A DNA stretch of 64,000 bases from Anaerolineales bacterium (GTDB lineage Bacteria > Chloroflexota > Anaerolineae > Anaerolineales > UBA11579), in NCBI GenBank assembly GCA_019637805.1, contig JAHBVB010000001.1:73875-137874 (forward strand), given 5' to 3'. Below, one piece after another: positions 62,487 through 64,000 of the stretch. Position 1 is the first letter of the stretch, and every line of letters starts with the position of its first letter. Position numbers and translations under genes: made by a program. The notes under the pieces were generated by a model. The model was not told the origin of the DNA. It saw nothing but the letters and a program-made list of their open reading frames with translations, and ran no database searches.

Positions 62487-63668
62487 TTACGGGTAAATTA
62501 TACTGTTTTCGCCCTTAAAAACCGGTTTTGGAGCTTGCTGCTGCAAATCTGCTGCAGTTAATGGAGCTACAAGTTCATCCAAACGCTCTGCAGATTCGTT
62601 CGCCAAGCCAGGTATCAAATGGCCGTAGATGTCCAAAGTGATACTCGGCTTCGAATGTCCAAGTTGCCGGGCAATGCGGATTAGCTCCATGCCACTCATC
62701 AGCATAAGAGACGCCGCTGTATGCCTTAAGTCATGGAAGCGCATCTCTGGCAAGCCTGCCGCTTTCAAAGCCGCTTTGAATTGAGCCAACAAAACACGAG
62801 GTTCTTTCGGCGTTCCGTCCGAAGATGGAAACAAAAGATTTTCTTTATTTTCGCCAAGAGCAAATCTTGCTTCTTGCTGCTCTCGATATTGCATCAGTTT
62901 TCGAAGCGTCAATCTTCCTAGCTGCACAGTGCGGATACCACTTCGGCTCTTGGGTTCTGAGAACACAAGTCCCTTGTAGGGAATTCTCTGTAGCTGCCTG
63001 CGCACCAAAACAGTAGCACTGGCCCAGTCTACATCTGACCAACGCAGGCCAAGCAATTCACCCTGCCGCATGCCAGTAGTGACGGCCATCTGCAACACCA
63101 TCCCCAACCAGCTTCCCTCAGTTGTCAGAAGTAAGCTCCGCACTTGAACATCGGAAAGAAACTTCATTTCCGGCGGCCTAAAAGTAGGCTTGTCTACTCG
63201 CCTAGTTGGACTATATGGAATTAGTCCCTGCCGCTCAGCGAAGCCAAGTGAAGAACGCAGCACGCCATGAAGTAGTTGGACTGAACGCGCCCCAAGCCCG
63301 CCCTTGAGTTTTTCAGCATAAAAGTCTTGGATCGCTACTGGCTTTAGGTCTGCCAGTTTCACCTTTCCAAATTTCGGGAGTAGATGATAGTTGCCAATCC
63401 CTTTGTACTGAAGCCAAGTCTTATGGCGCACCCTGGGCTCTATCAAGAGCAGCCACTTTTCAAAGAATTCTTCAAAAGTCAGGTCTACCCCTCTGGCGGT
63501 TAAGCCTTGGTCTTTTTGATTGGCCATTTCCCGCAGCCAATTCACACATTCTTTTCTAGAAGAAAACGATTTGCTAAATCGTTTACCATCAATAGAGAAT
63601 TGTGCTTGCCAACGGCCATTATCTTTTTGGTAGATTGCGCCTTCTTGATTGCCTCTTCTTTTAGCCAT
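62487..63668 (-). CDS. tyrosine-type site-specific integrase (phage integrase family)
   Basis: Intact catalytic blocks TGMRQGELLGLRWSDVD, HDLRHTAASLM and LGHSKPSITLDIYGH. Confidence 0.9.
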   Translation of the reverse strand: MAKRRGNQEGAIYQKDNGRWQAQFSIDGKRFSKSFSSRKECVNWLREMANQKDQGLTARGVDLTFEEFFEKWLLLIEPRVRHKTWLQYKGIGNYHLLPKFGKVKLADLKPVAIQDFYAEKLKGGLGARSVQLLHGVLRSSLGFAERQGLIPYSPTRRVDKPTFRPPEMKFLSDVQVRSLLLTTEGSWLGMVLQMAVTTGMRQGELLGLRWSDVDWASATVLVRRQLQRIPYKGLVFSEPKSRSGIRTVQLGRLTLRKLMQYREQQEARFALGENKENLLFPSSDGTPKEPRVLLAQFKAALKAAGLPEMRFHDLRHTAASLMLMSGMELIRIARQLGHSKPSITLDIYGHLIPGLANESAERLDELVAPLTAADLQQQAPKPVFKGENSIIYP

Positions 63669-63765
63669 TCCTTTTCTCCTTATTCGAGATTAGGAAAGGC
63701 AGTTTGGCTATACCCTAGGTTTGTAAGGTGCAGGTGGTTCTGAGTCATTGTAAACCAACCCACAC

Positions 63766-63957
63766 CTACGCTGACCGCTTTGCCTCAATAAAGCGTTTCA
63801 GATCTTCCAGCTTCACCCGAACCGCCCCCCCAATTCGGATAGTGGGTATGTCCCCACGCTGCATCAGTTGGTATGCAAAAGCCCGGCTGATATTCAGCAT
63901 CTTGGCCACCTGACTGGCCTTGAGCAATTGATAGGGGGTTTGCACTTCAAGACTCAT
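63766..63957 (-). CDS. excisionase-family helix-turn-helix DNA-binding protein
   Basis: LLKASQVAKMLNISRAFAYQLMQRGDIPTIRIGGAVRVKLEDLKRFIE. Confidence 0.75.
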   Translation of the reverse strand: MSLEVQTPYQLLKASQVAKMLNISRAFAYQLMQRGDIPTIRIGGAVRVKLEDLKRFIEAKRSA

Positions 63958-64000
63958 CGCCACCCCCACTCAACAAACTCTCAAACCGCCGGCCACGCTT

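Larger units (their letters stand above)
62487..64000. mobile_element. left end of an integrated element (int-xis module); continues beyond the window
   Basis: Abrupt, visible drop in G+C starting at the tRNA-Arg boundary. An integrase and an excisionase gene are adjacent to a tRNA. Confidence 0.65.

Overview
GC-rich bacterial chromosomal segment with strong G/C third-position bias. It holds about 60 protein genes and 4 tRNAs, mostly housekeeping. The taxon cannot be fixed from this window alone. Gene order, left to right: peptide-type ABC permease (runs off the left edge), tRNA-fMet, FtsB-like protein, tRNA-Leu, sensor kinase, LCP protein, a catalytically degenerate tyrosine-recombinase homologue, YaaA, TilS, a receiver-CpaE/ParA-like protein, MutL, an aspartase/fumarase-family lyase, ferredoxin, SOD, a Zn-ribbon/H1-like Ala-Lys-rich protein, a small GIY-YIG gene bracketed by 42-bp inverted repeats, MalQ, AKR, M24 and S58 peptidases, MgsA and YcaQ. 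Next come a preQ1-I riboswitch in front of yhhQ, and aspS preceded by an Asn/Asp-rich leader ORF with a four-segment attenuator. These are followed by a complete caa3-type cytochrome oxidase biogenesis cluster (PCuAC, fused CtaA-CtaB, SURF1, SCO, subunits III, IV, I, II), Bcp, a UbiA prenyltransferase, a BMP-family ABC operon with a long terminator-containing leader, MgtE, PckA and a D-amino-acid oxidase. At the right edge, tRNA-Arg is followed by a visibly AT-richer integrase/excisionase module, the start of an integrated element that leaves the window. Non-coding highlights are a family of GTCATT(C/G)CGAG-ended repeats (a 120-bp MITE-like element and a 106-bp tandem array) and several promoters whose -10 box sits 6-8 nt from the ATG, implying leaderless mRNAs. 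I saw no CRISPR array, rRNA or recognisable defence system. The most interesting signal is the putative leader-peptide attenuator upstream of aspS.
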